Shown one piece after another: positions 26,150-35,155 of a stretch of 64,000 nt of DNA. How positions within the stretch are numbered: position 1 is the first letter of the stretch; each line of letters begins with the position of its first letter. The DNA is from Candidatus Doudnabacteria bacterium (lineage in GTDB: Bacteria; Patescibacteriota; Doudnabacteria; UBA920), in assembly GCA_003151625.1 (NCBI GenBank), contig PLYC01000007.1, forward strand, positions 2,929 through 66,928, written 5' to 3'. The notes beneath the pieces were generated by a model. The model was given only the letters and a program-made list of their open reading frames with translations, did no database searches and was not told where the DNA came from. Both the position numbers and the translations under genes were made by a program.

Positions 26150-26260
26150 ATAAAACACCTTTTTTGACGGAATTCTCCCGTAAGAAAATTGGTGTTTTTT
26201 TTAACTCTAGTATTTAGTTTTACTTAATTATATTATCAGATTAAATTATTATGTCAAGCC
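26150..26260 (-). promoter_or_regulatory. glnII promoter plus leader hairpin/U-tract (attenuator or sRNA terminator candidate)
   Basis: Minus strand: TTGACA-17nt-TGaTAATAT-like -10. Then AAAAAACACC-[31-nt loop with ACGG/CCGU stem]-GGUGUUUU AUUUAUUUG, approx 130 nt upstream of the ATG. Confidence 0.4.
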
Positions 26261-26437
26261 TTAAAATTGGGTTATTTTGTCGAATTTTATAAGTTTTCCA
26301 CAAAGTAAGGGAAAGGGGGCGGCGCAAACCTGATGCTTGTTTGCGTGCCCCCGGGTTGCTGTTTTATTGGGTGCGGTGTGCACGGGGCACCCGTAAAACG
26401 TTGCCGTTGACGGAAGCGCGAACGCTTCGCTGTATGA

Positions 26438-26635
26438 TTAACTGAGAATTCCCGAGTCTCCGCGCGCTCTTTTCGGCGGCTCGATGTGAACGAATGAGCG
26501 AATACGATACCCGCTGATGGGAGTAACCACGTCATTGTCGGGCAGACATCCGATCGTGCGCATAAACGCAGCTAGCCCGTCTTCCGAAGGCGTGCTATCG
26601 GTATATACGCCTCCAAGGACGGGGCCATCACTCAT
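26438..26635 (-). CDS. Candidate small protein B (66 aa, MSDGPVLGGVYTDSTPSEDGLAAFMRTIGCLPDNDVV...)
   Basis: AGGAAGGA RBS 5 nt upstream of ATG. Translationally coupled to ORF A. Confidence 0.3.
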   Translation of the reverse strand: MSDGPVLGGVYTDSTPSEDGLAAFMRTIGCLPDNDVVTPISGYRIRSFVHIEPPKRARGDSGILS

Positions 26636-26816
26636 GGGTTCCTTCCTCTTGCGGGCTGAGCGCGCCAAGGTCTGGCACCGGCGCTGCCTGCACGTGGGGC
26701 GGCGGCAGGTACGGACGCATTCTGGTTCCTGCTACAAATTCGCGTTCGAGCGCGTCCGACACATCGCTTCCGGGAAGAATCCCGGAGTAATTATTCGCGG
26801 TCACGTTTTCCTCCAT
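26633..26816 (-). CDS. Candidate small protein A (62 aa) in the GC-rich island. Its stop overlaps the next start as ATGA.
   Basis: MEENVTANNYSGILPGSDVSDALEREFVAG... Coding status uncertain in a GC-rich background. Confidence 0.25.
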
Positions 26817-26983
26817 ATCTGGCTTACAGCCAGATTGTTTGAATTATGCAGCCTGGCAGCTGCTTGTGCCTATTGTACGCCAAAGCCAAACTTTTGGTCA
26901 AGTTAAAAAACTGACCCAAAGTGCCTTAGATCAGCGTTTAATCCCTGCCTGCCGCAGGCAGGAGCGTAAATATCTACGTAAAA

Positions 26984-28021
26984 TCAGCGGCTATCAAAAT
27001 GCGTCAACTTTTTGAACTCCGCAAATCGTTTGTTTATATCGCGGGCGGTTATTTCCTGCAGTCGTTTTGTACCTAGCTTTTCCACGGAAAAAGAGGCCAA
27101 AACCGAACCCGCCACGCAGGCGCGTTTGAGGTTTTCCCAGGAAATATTATCTGCCTTTGCCAAATAGCCAAACATTCCGCCGGCAAAGCTGTCGCCCGCG
27201 CCGGTTGGGTCGGTTACGTCCTCCAGGGGAAATCCCGGAAGATGGAAAATTTCAACCCCCCCAAGCCCCCTCTTTTGAAAAGAGGGAGAGCTTCTGAACA
27301 TCAATAATCCGTATTCGCCTTGCTTTATAATCAGCGTCGCATTTTTACCCATCATCCCCATTATATGCTTTGCCCCCTTTACCAAATTGTGTTCGCCGCT
27401 AAGCTGGCGCGCTTCGGAATCGTTTATAATAAAAATGTTAATCTTTTTTAAAACTTCAGCCAACTGTTTTGGCGCTTTTTTTATCCACAAATTCATAGTA
27501 TCCAGCCCGACAAATTTTGGCTTTTTAATTTGAGCCAGCACTTCCAATTGTAGGGAAGGGTGGATATTGCCCAAAAAAACATACGGCGATTGTTTATGTG
27601 CCGCCGATAACTTTGGCTTGAATTGTTCAAATACACCCAGTTTTGTAAATAAAGTGGTACGGTTGTTTAAATCAAAACTGTATTTGCCGCCCCAGGCAAA
27701 AGTTTGGCCGGCAGATTGTTCCAGATCCGATAAATCTATATTTTTGCCGGATAGAATCACCCGATACTTATTAGTAAAATCTTTTCCCACAGCCCCAACC
27801 AAGCTAGGTCTCGAAAAATTACTCGCAGCCAAACAAAAATAGCTCCCGCTACCGCCCAAAGTCTTGTTTACTTTCCCAAACGGCGTTTCTATGCTGTCAA
27901 AAGCCACACTGCCGACAATTAACAAATTTGAAGTTGACCCCGTTAAAGGTCCAGTGCTTTTAGGCACTGGCAATCGCCTTTGGCGATTGACTTTTAACGG
28001 GGTTGACGATTTTTTATTCAT
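26984..28021 (-). CDS. PfkB-family carbohydrate/nucleoside kinase (ribokinase-like)
   Basis: DPTGAGDSFAGG PfkB signature 2 and N-terminal GG region. The first approx 28 codons overlap a triple-hairpin palindrome (27940-28018), so an alternative TTG start at LLIVGS is possible. An internal palindrome cccctcttttgaaaagaggg lies at 27250-27292. Confidence 0.7.
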   Translation of the reverse strand: MNKKSSTPLKVNRQRRLPVPKSTGPLTGSTSNLLIVGSVAFDSIETPFGKVNKTLGGSGSYFCLAASNFSRPSLVGAVGKDFTNKYRVILSGKNIDLSDLEQSAGQTFAWGGKYSFDLNNRTTLFTKLGVFEQFKPKLSAAHKQSPYVFLGNIHPSLQLEVLAQIKKPKFVGLDTMNLWIKKAPKQLAEVLKKINIFIINDSEARQLSGEHNLVKGAKHIMGMMGKNATLIIKQGEYGLLMFRSSPSFQKRGLGGVEIFHLPGFPLEDVTDPTGAGDSFAGGMFGYLAKADNISWENLKRACVAGSVLASFSVEKLGTKRLQEITARDINKRFAEFKKLTHFDSR

Positions 28022-28192
28022 GGTCTAATATTAACATATAATATGAATTTACAAAATTTCCAATCAGCAAACATGTTAATGCCTCTTCCTTTGTGGAAGC
28101 GGCCTGATTGGAATTAATCAATTTTAAGTCTAATTGATTTCATCCACGCCCCTTTCACAGGGGGTGTTTTTGTTTTATCTAGAGGAGGAGAC

Positions 28193-28501
28193 ATGCAATC
28201 GAATGGAATTAAATTGCAAGCAGGTTTGGCCTGTTTGTATTGCAACTATGCCCTCCAGAAAAGGAGGGGATGGGAGCACGTCGATATTTGCCAAAAGGAA
28301 GAGTGTGATCCTCACGGCAGCGGGGATCCCAGGCGGTGCCCAAATTGCGGAAGCGGCCATTTTGTGTTTATGGCCGAGGCAAAAGGCAGCGTACAGTTGC
28401 AGTGTTCGGTTTGCGATTCGTTCTTTGAGTCGCGGCACCTTACTCGGCGGTTGGCCGTTATGATTCCGGACGCTCTTAGTTTATCCGGGGAGCCGCGCTA
28501 A
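28193..28501 (+). CDS. High-GC zinc-ribbon protein with four CxxC pairs
   Basis: CLYC, CQKEEC, CPNC, CSVC. RBS ggaggagac. Strong terminator immediately downstream. Confidence 0.45.
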   Translation: MQSNGIKLQAGLACLYCNYALQKRRGWEHVDICQKEECDPHGSGDPRRCPNCGSGHFVFMAEAKGSVQLQCSVCDSFFESRHLTRRLAVMIPDALSLSGEPR

Positions 28502-28536
28502 CATTAGCGCTCGTCTCCCCGGGCAACATTTTTTAT
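28485..28536 (+). terminator. Rho-independent terminator
   Basis: ccggggagccgcgctaacattagcgctcgtctccccgg followed by gcaacattttttat. Confidence 0.65.
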
Positions 28537-28551
28537 GATAAAATATAATCT

Positions 28552-29103
28552 ATGAACAGTTCGTCAGAAATAAATCCCCATATTAGTGAAGCAAGATTAA
28601 GGATCCCCGAAGCCTGGCCTCCAATCGAAACGGATATTGGCAAAGTGGCTGAATACGAAGCCAAATTAGAAGAAACGCTCAAACTTTTAGGCTGGCCGGA
28701 ATCGGATGTTTTGGACGCGTCCATGGTTTTCCGTGAGTGGCTGCTTAATGCGATGATCCATGGTAATATGGGATTATTCCAAAATAAGGGAGAGGATACT
28801 AAGGAGTGGGAAGAGAGAATTAAGACAGCTCAAAATTTACCAGAAGTCAAAGCCAAACGATTATACGTAAATATTAATGCAACTGGCAACCGTTTAACGG
28901 TGGAAATTCAGGATGAAGGCAAGGACAGCAGGGAATTTTGGCTGGAAAACAAGCAGCCCGACGCTCTCCAGGAACCCACAAAGTGGCATTCCGGGAGGGG
29001 AGGGATTTTGGCACAAGCTTTCACTAATGAAATGAGTTTTGAAAAAAATAATAAAGGCATTAAGGTGATTTTTGTCAGAGATTTAACAAAGCGCTTGAGA
29101 TAG
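28552..29103 (+). CDS. HATPase_c-type anti-sigma-factor-like serine kinase (RsbW/SpoIIAB-like)
   Basis: N-box EWLLNAMIHGN and G-box GRGGIL in a 183-aa protein. No STAS partner seen nearby. Confidence 0.5.
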   Translation: MNSSSEINPHISEARLRIPEAWPPIETDIGKVAEYEAKLEETLKLLGWPESDVLDASMVFREWLLNAMIHGNMGLFQNKGEDTKEWEERIKTAQNLPEVKAKRLYVNINATGNRLTVEIQDEGKDSREFWLENKQPDALQEPTKWHSGRGGILAQAFTNEMSFEKNNKGIKVIFVRDLTKRLR

Positions 29104-29391
29104 ACGAGGCTGTTGACATCGAATTATGACAAACGATTTTTCCCAAATAAAAAAATCCGCTTTTAGGCGGATTTTAGAGACTAGTAAAACATCAATTAGT
29201 ATTGGAATTTTCTTTTTTCAAATTAACCTTCTTTTTTCTGCTGACTAACGCATCCTCCGGCTTGCCCCGGCAAGGTGATCATAACTGACGGGGTCTTCCA
29301 TGACCCAGCCATACGGATGGATTAAAGGATCTTCCTCGTGCATTCTGTCCATATGCCCAGGCTGGGATTTGTGTTCGGTATTCCTCATAAT

Positions 29392-30909
29392 TTACCCCAT
29401 GCTATGCCTTAGTATTGCGGCTTGCTCAATTAGTTTGCCGGCGTTTTTGCCGTTGCGGAATTGTTTGTGCAGGCGAGCCGAGACGAGCTGGTGTTCCTGT
29501 TCGTTTAAATATTTTGGCGTAAACGGTTTGCCTAAATATTTTTCTATTTCTTCAACGTCTTTAATAATGTCTTTCCATGCCGGATATTTTTTGGCCAAGT
29601 TCACCAAACCTTGCCGGTAAAAAAATTTGCCGGCAAAATATAAATCATGCTTTAAATTTTTATAATGTTTTTCCAGCAATTCCAAATTGCCGGCTTTGCG
29701 CGCCGCGGCCAAACCCCGGCCGGTGCCAATTAGTTCTGGTGGGATGCCTAAGGAATAAAGCACGGCAGTAAAACTAATGGCCCTGGGCAGGCTGACTTTG
29801 CCCATGCCGCGACTGTATCCAAACAGGCCAATGTGCTGGACGCGTTCGCGCCTTTTAGGTATGTGTTTGGCCAGGTCGTTTACCAAAGGCGCTATACCTT
29901 CCACGGTTTGTTTGTAGGCGGCCTCAAATGGCTTAATGGCTTCAATTAGCTGTTTTTCTTCTTCAGCAGTCATAATTACAGCTTTACTTTTTGGCAGGCC
30001 TGTTTCTAAAGCTTTAATTGCTTTTATTACTGTGGCTTTGGGGTAATCATATCTAAACGCGCTTTGGATTGTCACCGTTCTAATTCCTTGGTATTCTTTT
30101 ATAAATCTTTCCGGCCGCAAAGGATATAAACCGCCGCGGAACGGCAAAGCCCCGCAACCAATAACCGGAAATAAATCTATTTTATGTTTTTTGGCGAATT
30201 TGGTGTAACGCGACAGTGCGATTTTTATGGCAATTACGGTTGGTACAATTCCGGAATTTAATGCCGGATCTGAGCGTGCGACATATGGCCTTAAATACGG
30301 CGGGTTAAAACCAAAAATCTTTTTGTGCTCATGCAAATATTTTTCCAGAATTTTATCCGAATTTATTATGGTGCTTACTTGTTCGAACAAAGGAACCATT
30401 AAAACGTGGTTTAGCAAACCTTTCTCAAAACGGTTAAGCGGATGTTTTAAATTGGCAATCTCCCTGAAAGCTTCCTGAATAGCGAGCATTTCCTCCGCGC
30501 TTTCCGTCATTGGTAAAATAACTTCAAACAGCGGGGGGGTGTGCATGCCCACTTGTTTTGCCAGGCCGGCGGAACTTGCTATCCCCATTAAGGCTCGGCT
30601 CATTCTAAATTCCGTCTCAACTTTAGGGTTTGGCAAACGGAAAGTCAAAAATTTTTCTTTGCCCAGGGGGTGCTTTTTAAAGTATTCATAGTATTGAGCC
30701 ATCAGGCGTTCTAAAATAGCTTCGTCTACCAGTTTGCCTTCCCAGTCCCATTTGTATTCGCTTATGCCCAAATCTGAAAAAGACAAAAATAATTCCTTGG
30801 CTTCTTCTATGGTTGGAATAAAATTTTCAGTATGCCAAAAAGGCCTGGCGGCGTGGTCTGGATGCTGGGTGGCCATGGTGGCCGGTATTTTTCTTGCGAC
30901 TTTCTTCAT
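29392..30909 (-). CDS. ppcA: Archaeal-type phosphoenolpyruvate carboxylase (PepcA)
   Basis: MATQHPD near the N-terminus (archaeal-type PEPC hallmark). Approx 500 aa. GRGG and C-terminal NGK motifs. Confidence 0.75.
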   Translation of the reverse strand: MKKVARKIPATMATQHPDHAARPFWHTENFIPTIEEAKELFLSFSDLGISEYKWDWEGKLVDEAILERLMAQYYEYFKKHPLGKEKFLTFRLPNPKVETEFRMSRALMGIASSAGLAKQVGMHTPPLFEVILPMTESAEEMLAIQEAFREIANLKHPLNRFEKGLLNHVLMVPLFEQVSTIINSDKILEKYLHEHKKIFGFNPPYLRPYVARSDPALNSGIVPTVIAIKIALSRYTKFAKKHKIDLFPVIGCGALPFRGGLYPLRPERFIKEYQGIRTVTIQSAFRYDYPKATVIKAIKALETGLPKSKAVIMTAEEEKQLIEAIKPFEAAYKQTVEGIAPLVNDLAKHIPKRRERVQHIGLFGYSRGMGKVSLPRAISFTAVLYSLGIPPELIGTGRGLAAARKAGNLELLEKHYKNLKHDLYFAGKFFYRQGLVNLAKKYPAWKDIIKDVEEIEKYLGKPFTPKYLNEQEHQLVSARLHKQFRNGKNAGKLIEQAAILRHSMG

Positions 30910-30939
30910 TAAGAGTATTATGATATATGAAAGGGGTGT

Positions 30940-31566
30940 TTGTCAAAAATGGGCAGCCAAACCGAACTTATCGCGCTATTAAAGGCAGAGGGCGTGCTAA
31001 ACAACCCGGCCGTGATTAAAGCCATGAAGGCGGTCGATCGTGCCGATTTTGTTTTGCCCCGATACCGAAGTTTGGCGTACGAAAACTATCCTTTGTCCAT
31101 AGGCTTTGGCCAGACCATTTTCCAGCCGTACACCGTGGCGTTTATGCTCGAGCTTTTGAAGGTTAAAAAGGGTGAGAAAATTTTGGAAATCGGCGCGGGC
31201 AGCGGCTGGCAAACGGCCATGCTGTGCCAACTGGTGGGCAAGGCAGGGCGGGTGGTGGCCGTAGAAAGGCTGTCGAAGTTAAAACGGTTGGAACATATTA
31301 ATCTCGCCAAATGCCATTTATATCAAAATACAATCACGTTAATACAAGGCGATGGTAAGTTGGGCTATTTGGCGGCAGCCCCTTATGACAAAATTATTGC
31401 CGCTGCAGCCGGATCAGGGATTCCCGAAGCCTGGAAACAGCAGCTGAAAATTGGCGGTAAAATTGTAGCGCCGGTAAAACACAGTATTTGGGAAATTAGC
31501 AAACTTTCGGCAAAATCCTTTAAAATAATCAGGCATTGGGGTTTTTCTTTTGTTCCTCTGGTATAA
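30940..31566 (+). CDS. pcm: Protein-L-isoaspartate O-methyltransferase
   Basis: LEIGAGSGWQTA SAM-binding motif. PIMT-family blocks. Confidence 0.8.
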   Translation: MSKMGSQTELIALLKAEGVLNNPAVIKAMKAVDRADFVLPRYRSLAYENYPLSIGFGQTIFQPYTVAFMLELLKVKKGEKILEIGAGSGWQTAMLCQLVGKAGRVVAVERLSKLKRLEHINLAKCHLYQNTITLIQGDGKLGYLAAAPYDKIIAAAAGSGIPEAWKQQLKIGGKIVAPVKHSIWEISKLSAKSFKIIRHWGFSFVPLV

Positions 31567-31615
31567 AGTTTAAATTTGTTATAATTACAGCAGAGAAATT
31601 TCTAACCTCTAACCT

Positions 31616-32161
31616 ATGAACCTCCATCCAGTGTTTGTCCATTTCCCCGTAGCCTTACTTACAGTTTACGCGTTAATGGAATTGGTTCGTTTTAAAAAAG
31701 TAATGTCCCAACCGTACTGGTTTTACCTCAAGGCGGTATTTTTAACGATAGGCGGCCTGGGGGCTTTACTGGCTTTGTATACCGGTGATATGGCTCGTTC
31801 CGCGGTTCGTCAGGGGGACTTTGTTGTAGCCATAAATAATTTTAAACAGGTTTTAAATGTCCATGAAAACTTTGCTCACTTGTCCGTGGCAATTTTTGGG
31901 CTCTTGGCGGCGAGCTATTTATTTTTGTGGCTCCAGCGGGAAAATTTTTCGGCTTTTGCGGAGAAGATAAATCTCGGCGCCCTGTGGAAATTGTTACTTA
32001 AATTTGCTCGTTTTTTTGTGGAAACCCGGTTTGTAATTTTTATGGCCTTAGCCGGCTTAATTTGTATAACCATAACCGGCGGTCTCGGCGGCGTTATGGT
32101 CTACGGCACCTCGGCCGATCCATTTTTTGGCATAATATATCATTTGTTGTTTCCATCCTAA
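31616..32161 (+). CDS. DUF2231-like membrane protein
   Basis: MNLHPVFVHFPVALL N-terminus and four TM helices. Confidence 0.4.
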   Translation: MNLHPVFVHFPVALLTVYALMELVRFKKVMSQPYWFYLKAVFLTIGGLGALLALYTGDMARSAVRQGDFVVAINNFKQVLNVHENFAHLSVAIFGLLAASYLFLWLQRENFSAFAEKINLGALWKLLLKFARFFVETRFVIFMALAGLICITITGGLGGVMVYGTSADPFFGIIYHLLFPS

Positions 32162-32191
32162 TTCATAATTTAAACTTCATTATTTATATCT

Positions 32192-32265
32192 GCGGGATTA
32201 GTACAATGGCAGTATGAGACCTTCCCAAGGTTTAGACACGGGTCCGATTCCCGTATCCCGCTCCA
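32192..32265 (+). tRNA. tRNA-Gly (anticodon CCC)
   Basis: Acceptor GCGGGAT/ATCCCGC. D-arm GTAC-AATGGCA-GTAT. Anticodon arm AGACC-TTCCCAA-GGTTT. T-arm ACGGG-TCCGATT-CCCGT. Discriminator T plus encoded CCA. Resembles E. coli tRNA-Gly acceptor and T regions. Confidence 0.85.
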
Positions 32266-32307
32266 GCCCTTTTTTAAAAGTATTTTAAAATTAACTAAAA
32301 AAATTAA

Positions 32308-32598
32308 ATGGCCATGAAAATAACAGATAGACAATATCTAACGCTAAGTGTTATTGGTTTGGTTTTTGTGCTGATGGGAACAGGGTGGTTATTTTTTTAT
32401 ACTAAATGGCTACTCTATTCACCTTTAATCGGGGGAATTATTTCAGTAATTGTACTTTTGAAAGCCAGTAAATCTGTTCATAAAAAAATTGCTTGGGTTA
32501 CTTTGGTCATTTTATTCTTAGAAATTGCTTTTGTTGGTTATCTTTATTATTCTTTGTTCCATGGCGGTTTTGATATGAATTGGCAACAGCCGGCGTAG
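32308..32598 (+). CDS. Cassette gene: 96-aa three-TM membrane protein
   Basis: First gene after tRNA-Gly. Hydrophobic. Confidence 0.45.
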   Translation: MAMKITDRQYLTLSVIGLVFVLMGTGWLFFYTKWLLYSPLIGGIISVIVLLKASKSVHKKIAWVTLVILFLEIAFVGYLYYSLFHGGFDMNWQQPA

Positions 32599-32625
32599 AA
32601 CTTAAGCAATACTTTTAACTATTTC

Positions 32626-32656
32626 CGTCCGAACATCATTCCATAGCCCGCTCCAG
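32626..32656 (+). repeat. R1: pseudo-tRNA-Gly 3'-end direct repeat
   Basis: atttccgtccgaacatcattccatagcccgctccag. The last 11 nt equal the tRNA-Gly acceptor 3' strand plus CCAG. Repeated at 33053 and 34199. Confidence 0.65.
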
Positions 32657-32701
32657 CATTATAAACAAAATAAATAAAATTTAATCTTAAAAAATAAAAT
32701 T

Positions 32702-33022
32702 ATGAAATATTTGGTTAGCAAGCGCTGGGTTGTATGGTTAATCGGAATTATTTTCACATTTTGGCTATTTATTGGAACTAGCTTAAACGGCATAAGCTTG
32801 ATAGGTATTTTTGTTGGCGCTATCTATCTAATACCGCCATTGTTTTTTGCTTTCATAAATAAGATTTTTGACAAGCGGCGTAAAGCTCAAAACCCCAATC
32901 AAAATATAAAAGATTATAATATAATTGATTTTTGTTTATTAGTCTTAATTATAATTTTTGAGGCTTTAACTGTTGGTGGAATAATCTATTTTTTGTATCA
33001 ATACTTTACACAAGTTAAATAA
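32702..33022 (+). CDS. Cassette gene: 106-aa membrane protein
   Basis: Three TM segments. Starts approx 45 nt after R1. Confidence 0.45.
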   Translation: MKYLVSKRWVVWLIGIIFTFWLFIGTSLNGISLIGIFVGAIYLIPPLFFAFINKIFDKRRKAQNPNQNIKDYNIIDFCLLVLIIIFEALTVGGIIYFLYQYFTQVK

Positions 33023-33052
33023 TTGTTACCGCCAGGTATTAGTAGCCATTTT

Positions 33053-33091
33053 AACTATTTCTGTCCGAACATCATTCCATAGCCCGCTCCA
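33053..33091 (+). repeat. R2: pseudo-tRNA-Gly 3'-end direct repeat
   Basis: atttctgtccgaacatcattccatagcccgctccaa. Confidence 0.65.
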
Positions 33092-33130
33092 ATTAAATTT
33101 TATATGTAAAAATGATTGAAACTTAAATAT

Positions 33131-33907
33131 ATGCCTGACAGTTTTGAACTATCACGCAACGCCGAACAATATTTAAATAAATCTGATTATAGGGATTCCG
33201 CCCAACAATTCCAATTAATAAAATTGCTTTTTGAATATGCAGAACAACAAGGACTTATGGCAAGTAAATACAGTGATTATCATGTTGACCTTTCTAATCC
33301 CGCGGCGGATACTTCTACTGATAATCCCAAAGCAATTTCATTGCCACCAAATTTTGCTCTCCTGGTAACAGATCAGCCGGGAGAATACTTTATTGTTGAT
33401 TATAAAAATGCCCCAAAAAAAATTACCCATCCCAAGTTTGCGTTTTTAAATGAAGAGGCGCGGGGAAGGGAAATATTATTATCAACAGCAAGAAAACAGG
33501 GACAGACAGACCAAAAAATTGGTGAAATTAAATTTGCGGAAACCAATAGCCCCGACAGTGGCAAAAAAATCGAAGTTTCAATTACCCAATCTGTAAATAA
33601 TAAAAGTTATAAAAGTATTAACGATGCCGAAGTCGTAAAGCCTCATGGTCAACTTTTGCGAACTTACGAACTTGATCCCAAAGGGATAAAAATACCCAAA
33701 CGTTTACACATAAGTAGGATTGATGAATCCTATTTTGAGAAAGATGGTCGACGCGTTCAAGTAAGATTGGGGAGGGAATTTGAAGTATCCAATAAAATCG
33801 TATCAGATAATGTGCTAAGCACCTACGAAGAGTTCTATTTGGTGGGCAGGCCGATTCAAAGGATAGTGGCTTCTATATCCATTGAGGGTCCTGTAAATGA
33901 GCCTTAA
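33131..33907 (+). CDS. Cassette gene: hypothetical soluble protein (258 aa from ATG 33131)
   Basis: Long ORF. No recognisable domain. Confidence 0.5.
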   Translation: MPDSFELSRNAEQYLNKSDYRDSAQQFQLIKLLFEYAEQQGLMASKYSDYHVDLSNPAADTSTDNPKAISLPPNFALLVTDQPGEYFIVDYKNAPKKITHPKFAFLNEEARGREILLSTARKQGQTDQKIGEIKFAETNSPDSGKKIEVSITQSVNNKSYKSINDAEVVKPHGQLLRTYELDPKGIKIPKRLHISRIDESYFEKDGRRVQVRLGREFEVSNKIVSDNVLSTYEEFYLVGRPIQRIVASISIEGPVNEP

Positions 33908-33970
33908 TCCGTTACTATTAGTATTGGAGATGCTTCAAAAGTTATATTTGAGGATAAAAATAAAGGGGTA

Positions 33971-34183
33971 ATGGTTAAAATTGACGGAGATGAAAAACAA
34001 TTGGAATTATTTAAACAGGATCCGGCTTATGCAGCTATTTTTAAAGACCCGCCGGATGTAAGCGAATTTATAAAAAATATAAAAGATAAAATACAGGTTT
34101 TGCGGGAAGATTGGGATAAGCCTGAAACGGTTTTTGGTCAAAATTTGGCCATAGAGAAACCCGGCAAAGAACTAGAAGCATAA
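33971..34183 (+). CDS. Cassette gene: hypothetical 70-aa protein
   Basis: RBS aaagggg upstream of ATG. Confidence 0.4.
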   Translation: MVKIDGDEKQLELFKQDPAYAAIFKDPPDVSEFIKNIKDKIQVLREDWDKPETVFGQNLAIEKPGKELEA

Positions 34184-34198
34184 AACAGCTAGTTGTTT

Positions 34199-34237
34199 AT
34201 AATTTCCGTCCGAACATCATTCCATAGCCCGCTCCAG
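34199..34237 (+). repeat. R3: pseudo-tRNA-Gly 3'-end direct repeat
   Basis: aatttccgtccgaacatcattccatagcccgctccag. Confidence 0.65.
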
Positions 34238-34294
34238 CCTCCGCCAAGGCTACGGCCGGCTTACGCCAACAGAAGATTTATCGAAACTTAGATT

Positions 34295-34486
34295 ATGGAA
34301 CACAAAGAAGCATCAATCATCTTAATAAGTTTGTTGAACAAAAATCTGTTTGACATCGAAGAGAAAGAGGCGGTTTTAACCGCCATCGGCGTTCTCGCTT
34401 GGACTTCGTTGTCTAAAAGCAAAATAAAAGCCATAAGAGATAAGCGCGAGAAATTAAAGAATGGCGACTTGAAACTTCAATTATAG
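34295..34486 (+). CDS. Cassette gene: hypothetical 63-aa protein
   Basis: Starts approx 57 nt after R3. Confidence 0.35.
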   Translation: MEHKEASIILISLLNKNLFDIEEKEAVLTAIGVLAWTSLSKSKIKAIRDKREKLKNGDLKLQL

Positions 34487-34595
34487 AATTTACCCGTCAA
34501 AATTTTGCGATGGAAATTTATAAAACTCCTTATTTTATTAAGCTACAAAAAAATTAAATTTGCCAAATAAATTTGGGCAAAATTTAGGCGGGTAA

Positions 34596-35039
34596 ATGAA
34601 AATCACCCTTTGCGGAAGTGCGGGGTTTGTGGTGGAGATGAATGCACTGGCCGGGCAGTTAAAAAAATTAGGACACGATGTTAAATCCATGCCGTTGAAA
34701 TTTACGGATGGAAATGGAAAAGTTTGGCAAACTTTGGATTATCATAAATTTAAAAAATCCAAACCATTTAACAATCCTGAATTTTTGAATAACCACCACG
34801 ACCGTATCCGCGAACATTTTAGTAAAGTCGCTTGGTCAGACGCGATTTTGGTTGCCAATTACGACAAAAACGGAATTACCAATTACGTTGGCCCGAACAC
34901 GTTAATGGAAATGGGGCTTGCTTTTTATCTAAGAAAAAAAATTTATTTACTTAACCCGGTTCCGGATACTCCTTGGGAAGAGGAAATGTTGGGAATGAAA
35001 CCGGTTGTTGTAAGCGGAGTCTTAGAAGTAATAAAATAA
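34596..35039 (+). CDS. Nucleoside 2-deoxyribosyltransferase-like (NDT-fold) protein
   Basis: MKITLCGSAGF N-terminus and SDAILVANYDKNGITNYVGPNTLMEMGLAFYLRKKIYLLNP match the NDT-family pattern. Confidence 0.45.
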   Translation: MKITLCGSAGFVVEMNALAGQLKKLGHDVKSMPLKFTDGNGKVWQTLDYHKFKKSKPFNNPEFLNNHHDRIREHFSKVAWSDAILVANYDKNGITNYVGPNTLMEMGLAFYLRKKIYLLNPVPDTPWEEEMLGMKPVVVSGVLEVIK

Positions 35040-35155
35040 AAGTCATCAAATCATTTATTACACCATAAAAGTAAACTGGAAGAAGGGAACCTTCTTCCAG
35101 TTTGTAAAAAAGTCAACTTTTAGATATAATTAAGGCATTAAAAGCCTTATTTTTT

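Larger units (their letters stand above)
26290..26900. other. High-GC (approx 60%) island of foreign composition containing two overlapping small ORFs on the minus strand
   Basis: Abrupt compositional shift from the approx 35-40% GC surroundings. Six-frame ORFs on both strands. Several GC-rich hairpins at the minus-strand 3' side. Confidence 0.5.

Noticed and set aside
26290-26900. RNase P RNA, SRP RNA or tmRNA in the GC-rich island
   Set aside because: Hallmark motifs were looked for on both strands and not found: P4 AGGAAAGUCCGG/ACAGAACCCGGCUUA, SRP GGAAGCAGCC, and the tmRNA tag plus CCA end.
26517-26906. 129-aa + strand ORF and 82-aa minus-strand ORF 26287..26535 in the GC-rich island
   Set aside because: These are overlapping antisense frames typical of high-GC DNA, with no RBS. 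The minus-strand coupled pair 26633-26816 and 26438-26635 is retained only at low confidence.
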